Translations under genes and position numbers: made by a program
Notes under the pieces: model-generated
What the model saw: the letters and a program-made list of their open reading frames with translations, nothing else
Database searches by the model: none
Told to the model about the DNA's origin: nothing
Origin: an uncultured Bacilli bacterium
GTDB lineage: Bacteria > Bacillota_I > Bacilli_A > RF39 > UBA660
Assembly (NCBI GenBank): GCA_947632115.1
Contig: CANROB010000001.1
Coordinates: 26,161-90,160, forward strand
Direction: 5' to 3'
DNA: 64,000 bases
In this document: piece by piece, positions 28,138-36,383 of the stretch
Position numbering within the stretch: position 1 is the first letter of the stretch
How the letters are laid out: each line of letters starts with the position of its first letter

Positions 28138-28138
28138 A

Positions 28139-28699
28139 ATGACAATTCGTTTAGCAAGTGACTTACAACCAGATAGTGTCGTAGATGGAACTGGCATTAG
28201 GACAGTTATATGGACACAAGGATGTGGACATGACTGTCCTGGATGTCATAATCCAGAAACCCATGATTTTGAAGGTGGATGGGTAATTGAGGTTCAGGAT
28301 ATCTTAGAAGAAATAGATGAACTAGAAGCTCAAACTGGTGTTACCTTTAGTGGGGGAGATCCTTTCTATCAACCGGATTCTTGTGCAGTTATTGCCAAAT
28401 ATGTGCATAAAAAGAAAATGGATGTCTGGTGTTATACTGGCTTTATATACGAAGATCTTCTTGCTATGAGTAAAAAAAATCCAGCTATTATGGATTTCTT
28501 AAAGGAAATTGATATCTTAGTGGATGGCCCTTTTATCATGGCAAAACATAGTTATAACCTAAAATTTAGAGGTTCTAGTAATCAACGAATTATTGATGTG
28601 AAAAAGAGCCTAAAAGAAAAAAAAGTAGTCATAGCTATGGTTGACGATGTAGAAATTGATTTCAATCGCGGAAGAAAAAAAGAAGGACTTTATATATGA
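28139..28699 (+). CDS. nrdG: Anaerobic ribonucleotide reductase activating protein (radical SAM).
   Basis: GCGHDCPGCHNPETHDF corresponds to the CxxxCxxC radical-SAM cluster site of the NrdG type. Length is 186 aa. Confidence 0.85.
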   Translation: MTIRLASDLQPDSVVDGTGIRTVIWTQGCGHDCPGCHNPETHDFEGGWVIEVQDILEEIDELEAQTGVTFSGGDPFYQPDSCAVIAKYVHKKKMDVWCYTGFIYEDLLAMSKKNPAIMDFLKEIDILVDGPFIMAKHSYNLKFRGSSNQRIIDVKKSLKEKKVVIAMVDDVEIDFNRGRKKEGLYI

Positions 28700-28795
28700 T
28701 AAGGAATGAGGAATCATTCCTTTTTTGGTGAAATAGAAAGTCGTTTCTATTATTTTAAAAGCATGAAAAAAGAAGGGGATTTGCTCCTCTTCCTT

Positions 28796-30220
28796 TTAGT
28801 CATTGTCTTTTTCTTTTTCAGATTTGATAATCTTTCCGGTAACAGCGTTAATTTCATAGTCATATTCATACCCGTTATATTTAAAATCAACACTATATTC
28901 TTGATCTTCGCGGTCTAATTCTACCTCTAGATTGGAAGGATTTTTAACTCCAGCATGATTAAGAGCAATTTCTTTTGCTTTCTCTGAAGAAATAAAGTTG
29001 GCATTATTATTAGAAGATTGATTATCATTATCTTTTTCTTTTTCAGATTTGATAATCTTTCCAGTAATAGCGTTAATTTCATAGTCATATTCATACCCGT
29101 TATATTTAAAATCAACACTATATTCTTGATCTTCGCGGTCTAATTCTACTTCTAGATTAGAAGGATTTTTAACTCCGGCATGATTAAGAGCAATTTCTTT
29201 TGCTTTCTCTGAAGAAATAAAGTTAGCGTTATTACTATTAGAAGATTGATGATCATTATCTTTTTCTTTATAAGAGGTAATAATGTCTCCTGTTAAAGCA
29301 TTAATTTCATAATCGTATTCATAATCTTTATCGTTAAACTCTACTTCATAAAGGATAAGCCCATCTTCAGTATCAAATTCTACTTCTAAATTAGAAGGAT
29401 TTTTTACTCCCGCATGAGTAAGGGCAATACTTTTTGCTTTTTCTTCTCCGATATAAGCTTTGGTACTAGCAGTTCCTTTTTTTTCAACGGTGGTTAAACT
29501 ATTTTCTTTTCCTTGCGTTAAAACATTAATTTCATTAATAGATAAATTTACTAAATCTTCTATTTTAAGAAGAGAGTTATTTTTGACAACATCTAAAATT
29601 AATTCTGCTTTTCCTAAAGAAATATGATATTTTTGTGCTAATGATTCCGCTTCTTTTGAAGTAGAAAGTGTTTGACTTAAAACAGATCCTTCAATCTTAT
29701 CATTATTTAAAAGAGTATCAATCTTTGCAACTAACTTTTGGCGAAGTTCTTCTGCTTTTTTAGTGTCATTGTTATCAACAGAAATAAGGATAGAGTTTGA
29801 TAAATCATCTAGATATCCTTTGGTTACCATGGAACCGATAATAGCATTTAGAGCAATATCGATATCAACTCCTTTAAAATCCATATCCTTTAGAATCTCT
29901 TTCGCATCATCATTTAAAGCTTGCCATTTTACAATTTTCTCTTTTTTATTTACTTGTAATTCAATGCTTGGATTAACATCAATATCAATAGTAGAATCTA
30001 CTAAATAATTTCTTTGGTAGGTATAAAAACCTCCTCCTAACATGAATAGGAATAAAAATGCTATCGCAAATTTCCACAACCACCCCTGTTTTTTGGTTCT
30101 TTTTTCCATATATTTTTTCCTTTCTTCTTCTTTGCTTTTTGAGAGGATTTTTTGAAATTCATCAGGAACTTGTTCATCAAATACACGATATATTTGGTTT
30201 TTTATTTCTAAATCTTTCAT
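28796..30220 (-). CDS. Putative anti-sigma factor: an N-terminal cytoplasmic domain, one TM segment, and an extracellular part with three PepSY-like repeats.
   Basis: It overlaps the upstream ECF sigma gene by 4 nt. The TM segment is WKFAIAFLFLFMLGGGFY. There are three repeats of …EKAK(E/S)IAL(N/T)HAGVKNPSNLEVE(L/F)D…YEYDYEINA(I/V/L)TG.IIKSEKEKDND. Confidence 0.6.
   Translation of the reverse strand: MKDLEIKNQIYRVFDEQVPDEFQKILSKSKEEERKKYMEKRTKKQGWLWKFAIAFLFLFMLGGGFYTYQRNYLVDSTIDIDVNPSIELQVNKKEKIVKWQALNDDAKEILKDMDFKGVDIDIALNAIIGSMVTKGYLDDLSNSILISVDNNDTKKAEELRQKLVAKIDTLLNNDKIEGSVLSQTLSTSKEAESLAQKYHISLGKAELILDVVKNNSLLKIEDLVNLSINEINVLTQGKENSLTTVEKKGTASTKAYIGEEKAKSIALTHAGVKNPSNLEVEFDTEDGLILYEVEFNDKDYEYDYEINALTGDIITSYKEKDNDHQSSNSNNANFISSEKAKEIALNHAGVKNPSNLEVELDREDQEYSVDFKYNGYEYDYEINAITGKIIKSEKEKDNDNQSSNNNANFISSEKAKEIALNHAGVKNPSNLEVELDREDQEYSVDFKYNGYEYDYEINAVTGKIIKSEKEKDND
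28805..29265. repeat. Near-identical (about 97%) tandem direct duplication of about 230 bp, encoding PepSY repeats 2 and 3 of the anti-sigma protein.
   Basis: Two copies of tttttcagatttgataatctttcc(g/a)gtaa(c/t)agcgttaatttcatagtcatattcatacccgttatatttaaaatcaacactatattcttgatcttcgcggtctaattctac… are adjacent. Confidence 0.8.
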
Positions 30221-30771
30221 TTAGATGCCCCCATTTCTTTTAATTTTTTGATTGCTCGATTATATTTGGATAGAATCGTGGATACTTTACTATCTAGGAT
30301 TTCGGCAATTTCACGATGTTTAAATCCCCATAAAAGATGAAGTAAAATAATTGTCCGCTCTTCTTCTTTAAGCTGTTCCATTAAAACTTTAAAAAATAAT
30401 TGATCTTCTTCATTGGAAAAGGAGAATGTATTATCTTCTAATTCGATAGTATTCTTTCTTTTCCGTATTTTAGAAAGTGCTTTGTTTTTCGTAATGGTAA
30501 AAATCCAGTTCATGGGTTTTGTTCCTTCTTGATAAGAATCAATTTGGTTATAAAGAGTGATAAAAACATCTTGAACGTTATCTAAAGCATCCTCTTGATT
30601 TTTTAAAATCGTTAAACTATAACCATAGATAGGCGCCTTTAAAAGAATATATAGTTCATGAAAAGAATTTTCATCTTTGATGTTTAAAAGCAAACTTTCT
30701 AAAGAAGCATGGTCTCTATCTGTAGTTTTTGACTGTTCCATCTTTTTGCTCCTCTCATTATAACAACGCAT
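30217..30771 (-). CDS. ECF-type RNA polymerase sigma-70 family factor.
   Basis: 184 aa. Region 2 is DVFITLYNQIDSYQEGTKPMNWIFTITKNKALSKIRKRK, and region 4 HTH is REIAEILDSKVSTILSKYNRAIKKLKE. It is co-oriented with and overlapping the anti-sigma gene. Confidence 0.7.
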   Translation of the reverse strand: MRCYNERSKKMEQSKTTDRDHASLESLLLNIKDENSFHELYILLKAPIYGYSLTILKNQEDALDNVQDVFITLYNQIDSYQEGTKPMNWIFTITKNKALSKIRKRKNTIELEDNTFSFSNEEDQLFFKVLMEQLKEEERTIILLHLLWGFKHREIAEILDSKVSTILSKYNRAIKKLKEMGASK

Positions 30772-30989
30772 TAGCAGGACGTTTTATTGCATCTTTATTG
30801 TAAAATATTTTAAAAAAAATAACAACAAATAGTGAGAAAAAGAAAGTAGGGTATAAAAAAGGAAAAACACATTATAATAAGTAATGCAAGAAAGTAAATG
30901 AAAAAATTGTTACTTAGCGTAAGTTATCTTTTTCATTTACCAATTTTACCAAGAATTTTTTGGAAATAATAGAATTTAATAGAAAAAGA

Positions 30990-31018
30990 TTGACAATATT
31001 TCAAAATTCGCTTATTAT
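30990..31018 (+). promoter_or_regulatory. Sigma-A-type promoter for the 31086 surface protein gene (TTGACA, 17-nt spacer, TATTAT).
   Basis: ttgaca at 30990-30995 and tattat at 31013-31018, followed by a GGGGAGGAAG RBS. Confidence 0.45.
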
Positions 31019-31085
31019 ATATCACCAGATAAGTGGGGACTTATCGATTAAATTTTGATTAAATATATGGGGAGGAAGAAAGAAA

Positions 31086-33194
31086 ATGAAAAAAGTTTCA
31101 AATTTAATTGGAACGATTGCTTTAGCATTTGTAGCATTATTCACAGTTAATGTACATGCTGAGGCACAAACTGTTAGCGACTTTAGTGGTTTAAACAGTG
31201 CGCTTAATTCTGATGGAACAATCGAGTTATCAACAGATATTACGCTTGATTCAACCATAACTGTTCAATCAGGAAAAACTATAACTATTGATTTAAAAGG
31301 TCATAAGATTACAGGGCCAGCTTCAGGATATGGTATTGAAAATCATGGTACTTTAACTATTCAAGATACTGGTTCTGAAAAAGGATCTATTGATTGTCCA
31401 AATACAAATAGTTCTTGTATCGCTAACAAGAGTGATGCTACTTCAATGACTCTAAATGGTGTTACGGTAAAAGGAAATCTTATTACAGTAAAAAATGAAC
31501 AATCTAAATTAGTAATCAAAGATTCCGTTATTGAAGTTGATAGTAAAGCAAGAGGTTCCGTAGGAGTAGAAAGTTATGGTACTACTACTATTGAAAATAC
31601 CACAATAAAAACACCAAACTTTTTAAGTGGATGGGGTAGTGTTTGGGTATTATCATCAGGAGATCAAGAATCAAAAACAACGGTTAATGGTCTAAATGTA
31701 ACCGGAAATGGTGGACTTATTTTAGTTGGTGATGACAAAAGTCAGTCTAATAAAACAGAATTAGTAATTGAAGGAGAAGGGATAGATTTGCCTAAAGGAA
31801 TAACCATCTATTCTTATGAAGGTTCAAAAATCTCTCCAGATGCTGAAAATGTAGAGGATACTTTTTCTAATCTATCTAAAAGTCGTACCAATACTAGTAT
31901 TGTAGTTCCAGAAGATTATGAAGGAGAAGTACCAAATATTACAGGAGTAAAATACATAAATAATGCTGGAACAGAAGTAGTGTACGTTACATTCAATGGA
32001 GTACGTTATGAATTACAAAAAAATGATACTTGGGGCAAGAGTAAAAATACAAATTTAAAAAAAGCGTTAGCAGCTGAAAGAGATTCCGAAGATAATAAAA
32101 ACAAAACATTTGTTGGATTTTATTATGTAGATGCTGATGGCAAAGAACAAGAAGCCACTAAAAATACTTCATGGACTTCTAATAATGAAGTATATATTAA
32201 ATGGAAAATTACAGTATCTTTAAATGATGTAGAATATACGTTAGAGCTTGGTAAAAACGGAGCTCCTACAAGAATTGGAAATGCAGTTGATGCAAATGGT
32301 AATAGATTAGATACCGCAATGCAAGATTTTGATACCGATAAATATGCAGCAGCACATTACTATGATGCTAGTGGTAAAGAATATACTTCATCAACAAGAG
32401 TAGGTGAAAATGTTGCTATTACAAAAACTTCTTATGTCATTCATGTTAAATTGAATAATTCAGGAAGTACAATCTCATTAATAGCAGGAGATAAAGTAAG
32501 TGCATCCAACCTATTAAAAGAATGGGCTGGTAAAGATCATTTCTATTATTTTGTAGATAAAGATGGAAACAAATATAACCTAAATTCTATATTAAATGAA
32601 AATGTAGAATTAACAGCTATCTATAGTGTAACTGTTAAAGTAGCTCCACAAGATGGAGTAAGCGAAGGTGTAGGTTACAAAGTTGAAGAAGGCACTACAT
32701 TAGGAGATATCTTGAAAGAAACTTGGGGTACAGGATTACAAGCTTACCTAGATGCAGAAGGATTCATTAAATTCGTTGATGAAGAAGGTAATGTAGTAGA
32801 ATTAGATACTCCTATTACTTCAGATATGAATTTAACAGCAATCTATAGTGTAGTTGTTAGAGTAGCTCCACAAGACGGAGTAAGCATTGGTGTAGGTTAT
32901 AGAGTAGAACCTGGTACTACATTAAGAGATATCTTGAAAGAAACTTGGGGTAGCGGATTACAAGCTTACCTAGATGCAAAAGGATTTGTTAAATTCGTTG
33001 ATGCAAATGGTAATGAAGTAGGATTAGATACTCCTATTACATCAGATTTAGATTTAGTAGCAGTTTATAAAGTAGTTGAAGTTCCAGAAAATCCAAATAC
33101 ATTTGATGGAATCGCAACTTATGTAGTTATGATGTTTGTATCATTAATTACATTAGTAGCAGGATCTTTTGCTTCTAAAAAATCACTTAATTAA
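31086..33194 (+). CDS. Secreted surface protein (702 aa) with a signal peptide, a Thr/Asn/Gly-rich beta-helix-like region, a 2x73-aa tandem repeat and a C-terminal hydrophobic membrane anchor.
   Basis: The signal peptide is MKKVSNLIGTIALAFVALFTVNVHA. The C-terminus is GIATYVVMMFVSLITLVAGSFASKKSLN. Two repeats of TAIYSV.V.VAPQDGVS.GVGY.VE.GTTL.DILKETWG.GLQAYLDA.GF.KFVD are present. Confidence 0.6.
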   Translation: MKKVSNLIGTIALAFVALFTVNVHAEAQTVSDFSGLNSALNSDGTIELSTDITLDSTITVQSGKTITIDLKGHKITGPASGYGIENHGTLTIQDTGSEKGSIDCPNTNSSCIANKSDATSMTLNGVTVKGNLITVKNEQSKLVIKDSVIEVDSKARGSVGVESYGTTTIENTTIKTPNFLSGWGSVWVLSSGDQESKTTVNGLNVTGNGGLILVGDDKSQSNKTELVIEGEGIDLPKGITIYSYEGSKISPDAENVEDTFSNLSKSRTNTSIVVPEDYEGEVPNITGVKYINNAGTEVVYVTFNGVRYELQKNDTWGKSKNTNLKKALAAERDSEDNKNKTFVGFYYVDADGKEQEATKNTSWTSNNEVYIKWKITVSLNDVEYTLELGKNGAPTRIGNAVDANGNRLDTAMQDFDTDKYAAAHYYDASGKEYTSSTRVGENVAITKTSYVIHVKLNNSGSTISLIAGDKVSASNLLKEWAGKDHFYYFVDKDGNKYNLNSILNENVELTAIYSVTVKVAPQDGVSEGVGYKVEEGTTLGDILKETWGTGLQAYLDAEGFIKFVDEEGNVVELDTPITSDMNLTAIYSVVVRVAPQDGVSIGVGYRVEPGTTLRDILKETWGSGLQAYLDAKGFVKFVDANGNEVGLDTPITSDLDLVAVYKVVEVPENPNTFDGIATYVVMMFVSLITLVAGSFASKKSLN
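32611..33050 (+). repeat. 2 x 219-bp tandem direct repeat (about 85-90% identity) inside the surface protein gene.
   Basis: acagctatctatagtgtaactgttaaagtagctccacaagatggagtaagc… at 32611 and acagcaatctatagtgtagttgttagagtagctccacaagacggagtaagc… at 32830. Confidence 0.75.
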
Positions 33195-33291
33195 CAAAGG
33201 GATAGCGTAAGCTATCTTTTTTTGTTTGTTTAAAGAGTAATAATTCACTACATTATTATTCTTTTTTGATATAATGTTAGTAGGTGATAAG

Positions 33292-34233
33292 ATGAACAAA
33301 GAAAAAAGAATCGTATTTATGGGAACTCCTGATTTTAGTGTTCCTGTATTAAAAATGTTATTAGAGCATTATCAAGTAGTAGGCGTGGTAACACAGCCAG
33401 ATAAGCAAGTAGGAAGAGAAGGCAAATTAAGTATTTCTCCTGTTAAAAAAGTGGCATTAGAAGAGAATATTCCTATTTATCAACCTGTGAAGATTAGAAA
33501 AGGATATGAAGAAATTTTATCTTTAAATCCCGATATCATTGTTACTTGTGCATATGGACAAATTATTCCTAAAGAAATATTAGATTATCCCGAGTATGGA
33601 TGTATCAATGTTCATGCTTCCCTACTTCCTAAACATCGTGGTGGGGCACCCATTCACCGGGCAATTATGGAAGGAGATTCCAAGACTGGGATTACTATTA
33701 TGTATATGGATGTAGGAATGGATGATGGAGATATTATTCGTCAAAAAGAAATTCCTATTCTGGATACCGATACGGCAGAAACTTTATTTGATAAATTAAG
33801 TGTCCTAGGTGCTTCTTTATTAGAAGAAACTTTACCAGATATTTTTTCTAAATCGGTATCTCGCATAAAACAAAAAGAAGAAGAAGCAACTTTTTCTTAT
33901 AATATTAGTAAGGAAGATGAAAAAATTTGTTTTGCGAAGAAAAGAAGAGAAGTCTATAATCAAATTCGGGGATTAAATAGTTTTCCTGTTGCATACACTA
34001 TTTTAGATGGAAAACGAATGAAAGTTTGGGCATCTAAAATAGGGGATGAAAAAAAAGTTCCACCTTGTGGAACAATTACTAGTATTGGTAAAGAAGGAAT
34101 TGGGGTTGCAACGTTAGATGGAGAGATTTTTTTAACAGAAATTCAGCCAGAAGGTAAAAAGAAAATGCTTGCAGCTGATTATATAAATGGATATCCTCAT
34201 AAAGAAAATTTAATTGGAAAAGTATTGGAGTAA
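33292..34233 (+). CDS. fmt: Methionyl-tRNA formyltransferase.
   Basis: RIVFMGTPDFSVPVLKMLLE…HASLLPKHRGGAPIHRAI is the Fmt signature. The ATG at 33292 has a TAGGTGA RBS. Confidence 0.85.
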   Translation: MNKEKRIVFMGTPDFSVPVLKMLLEHYQVVGVVTQPDKQVGREGKLSISPVKKVALEENIPIYQPVKIRKGYEEILSLNPDIIVTCAYGQIIPKEILDYPEYGCINVHASLLPKHRGGAPIHRAIMEGDSKTGITIMYMDVGMDDGDIIRQKEIPILDTDTAETLFDKLSVLGASLLEETLPDIFSKSVSRIKQKEEEATFSYNISKEDEKICFAKKRREVYNQIRGLNSFPVAYTILDGKRMKVWASKIGDEKKVPPCGTITSIGKEGIGVATLDGEIFLTEIQPEGKKKMLAADYINGYPHKENLIGKVLE

Positions 34234-34235
34234 GT

Positions 34236-34982
34236 ATGAAGAAAAAATCGGGAAGAATTGAAAAGATAAAAGAGGCCTATCGAAAGTATAAAGAATTAAA
34301 AAAAGATCCTCGTAAAAAGGCATTAATGCAGTTAGGTGCTTGGTTAGTAGGTTTTCTTTTGTTCTATATTATTGCTGTTTTAATTATGCCTCATCCTAAT
34401 CCTTATCGTTCCTTTAGTAGTTCTTCTAATAGTAATCAGGATGCTCTTTCTAATTACAGAATGGCGGATAATTTTGAATATACCATGAGTTTTCAGTATT
34501 CTTTAAAAGAAGATAGGGTTGAGGGAACTTATTTTGATAAAAAATATTACTTTACGTATTTAGGAAAAGAATATACTTCTTTTGATGGAAAAGTGTATGA
34601 GGTAGATACTTTGAATCAGACATTAAAAAATACTACTGACTTCATTCCTCTTTTAGCTTCTGTTGAACTTTCAAAAGATTCTTTATTAGGTTGGATAGAT
34701 CTTTCTGAAAAACTAGAAGAAAAGACTTATAAGGATAGTAAGAAAGTAAGTCAATATCAATTCCAGATGATTCCACTAAAAGTAACAGAAGAGAACCATC
34801 AAATAACTAAAATAGAAATAGATTTAAAAGCTTATTTAGCAAGCAGAAATTTATTATATGATTCTTTTTTAGTTACCATTGAATATCAAGAGATAAACCT
34901 TTTAGAGGATTATCAATCTCATTATGAAGATTATCAAATAGTCGAGGGGGAACAAAATGTTACCAATCAAAACGGATTCTAG
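34236..34982 (+). CDS. Hypothetical membrane-anchored protein (N-terminal TM segment) between fmt and murE.
   Basis: The TM segment is LGAWLVGFLLFYIIAVLIM. No motif was found. Confidence 0.4.
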   Translation: MKKKSGRIEKIKEAYRKYKELKKDPRKKALMQLGAWLVGFLLFYIIAVLIMPHPNPYRSFSSSSNSNQDALSNYRMADNFEYTMSFQYSLKEDRVEGTYFDKKYYFTYLGKEYTSFDGKVYEVDTLNQTLKNTTDFIPLLASVELSKDSLLGWIDLSEKLEEKTYKDSKKVSQYQFQMIPLKVTEENHQITKIEIDLKAYLASRNLLYDSFLVTIEYQEINLLEDYQSHYEDYQIVEGEQNVTNQNGF

Positions 34983-36324
34983 AAAAATAGTTCCAGGAGA
35001 TACTTTCGTTGCTTTACGAGGTATTTCTAGTGATGGACATAGTTACATTGAAAAGGCAATAGAAAAAGGAGCGACTAAGATTATTGCGGAAGAGGGGTCT
35101 TATGATGTTTCAACGACGATTGTTCCAGATACACGAAAATATTTAGAAGAATGGTTAAATAAACATTACCAAGAACAATTAGGTAAAATGACTCTTATTG
35201 GTATTACAGGAACAAACGGTAAAACAACAAGTGCTTATTTACTTTATCAAGCTTTCAATAAACTAGGAAAAAAAGCTTCTTATATTGGTACATTAGGCTT
35301 TTATAAAGAGAAAAAAATTTATGACTTACCAAATACCTCTCCTGAAATTTCTGATATTTATGAAATGCTTATCGATTCTTATGAATCGGGATGTCAATAT
35401 GTGGTGATGGAGGTAAGTAGTCAGGGTCTTTCCTATGGAAGATTAAATGGAATTCTTTTTGATTATGCTATTTTTACCAATTTAACACAAGATCATTTAG
35501 ATTTTCATAAAACCATGGAAAATTACGCGAAAGCCAAACAACAACTTTTTTATCAGGTAAAGAAAAGTGGTAAGAGTTTTGTCAATATTGATGATGAGTA
35601 TCATTCTTATTTTGAAATTGGAAATGTTGTTACCTATGGATTTCAAAAAAGTGATTATCAAATAAAAGGTAGTAAGATGAATGAATTTGGCAATACCTTT
35701 ACAGTAAACGGTTTACATATTCGAACAAGTCTAATTGGAAAATATAATATTTATAATGCCTTATGCGCGGTTATGATTTTAGATTCTATAGGAATTTCGA
35801 AAGAGAAAATAGAAGAGATTATGCCACTTTTAACTCCTCCACCAGGAAGAATGGAAATTTTAAAATGGAAAGAAAACACTATCATTATTGATTATGCTCA
35901 TACCCCTGATGCGATGGAGAATGTCTTCCGTACCATTCAAGAGATTCCTCATCGAAAGACCTATGTTGTCTTTGGTTGTACAGGAAGTAGGGATTCTAAA
36001 AAGCGTCCTATTATGATGCAGTTAGCTTTAACAAATGCCGATTTTGTCATTGTCACAAGTGATGATTTGCACGATGAGGACTTTCACCATATTGTTTTAG
36101 ATATGTTAGAAGGAAATCAAAAGAGTCATTATCACGTCGAACAAAACCGATATGAGGCAACCAAGATGGCACTAGAAATGCTAAAAGAAAAAGATATTTT
36201 GTTAGTGCTTGGAAAAGGGCATGAAGAGTATATTTTAGTGGGAAAAGAAAAAATCCCTTATAATGATAGAAAAGCTATTGAAGGGTTATTAAATGGGATG
36301 AAAAAAGAAACGATAGAGAGTTGA
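34957..36324 (+). CDS. MurE-like Mur ligase paralog lacking the DNPR motif (UDP-MurNAc-L-Ala-D-Glu : amino acid ligase, specificity unclear).
   Basis: The MurE-type N-terminus is DSRKIVPGDTFVALRGISSDGHSYIEKAIEKGATKIIAE and the P-loop is GITGTNGKTTSAY. The C-terminal region TSDDLHDEDF sits where DAP-adding MurE has DNPR. Overall identity to the downstream murE is about 45%. Confidence 0.65.
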   Translation: MLPIKTDSRKIVPGDTFVALRGISSDGHSYIEKAIEKGATKIIAEEGSYDVSTTIVPDTRKYLEEWLNKHYQEQLGKMTLIGITGTNGKTTSAYLLYQAFNKLGKKASYIGTLGFYKEKKIYDLPNTSPEISDIYEMLIDSYESGCQYVVMEVSSQGLSYGRLNGILFDYAIFTNLTQDHLDFHKTMENYAKAKQQLFYQVKKSGKSFVNIDDEYHSYFEIGNVVTYGFQKSDYQIKGSKMNEFGNTFTVNGLHIRTSLIGKYNIYNALCAVMILDSIGISKEKIEEIMPLLTPPPGRMEILKWKENTIIIDYAHTPDAMENVFRTIQEIPHRKTYVVFGCTGSRDSKKRPIMMQLALTNADFVIVTSDDLHDEDFHHIVLDMLEGNQKSHYHVEQNRYEATKMALEMLKEKDILLVLGKGHEEYILVGKEKIPYNDRKAIEGLLNGMKKETIES

Positions 36325-36383
36325 TCATCAACTCTTTTTTCACGTCTTTGGGACTTTAACATAAGATATATTGAGGTGTTCTT

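Noticed and set aside
28706-28918. ORF 28706..28918 (+), 70 aa and hydrophobic.
   Set aside because: It is antisense to the 3' end of the anti-sigma gene and has low-complexity Phe/Ile content, so it is spurious.
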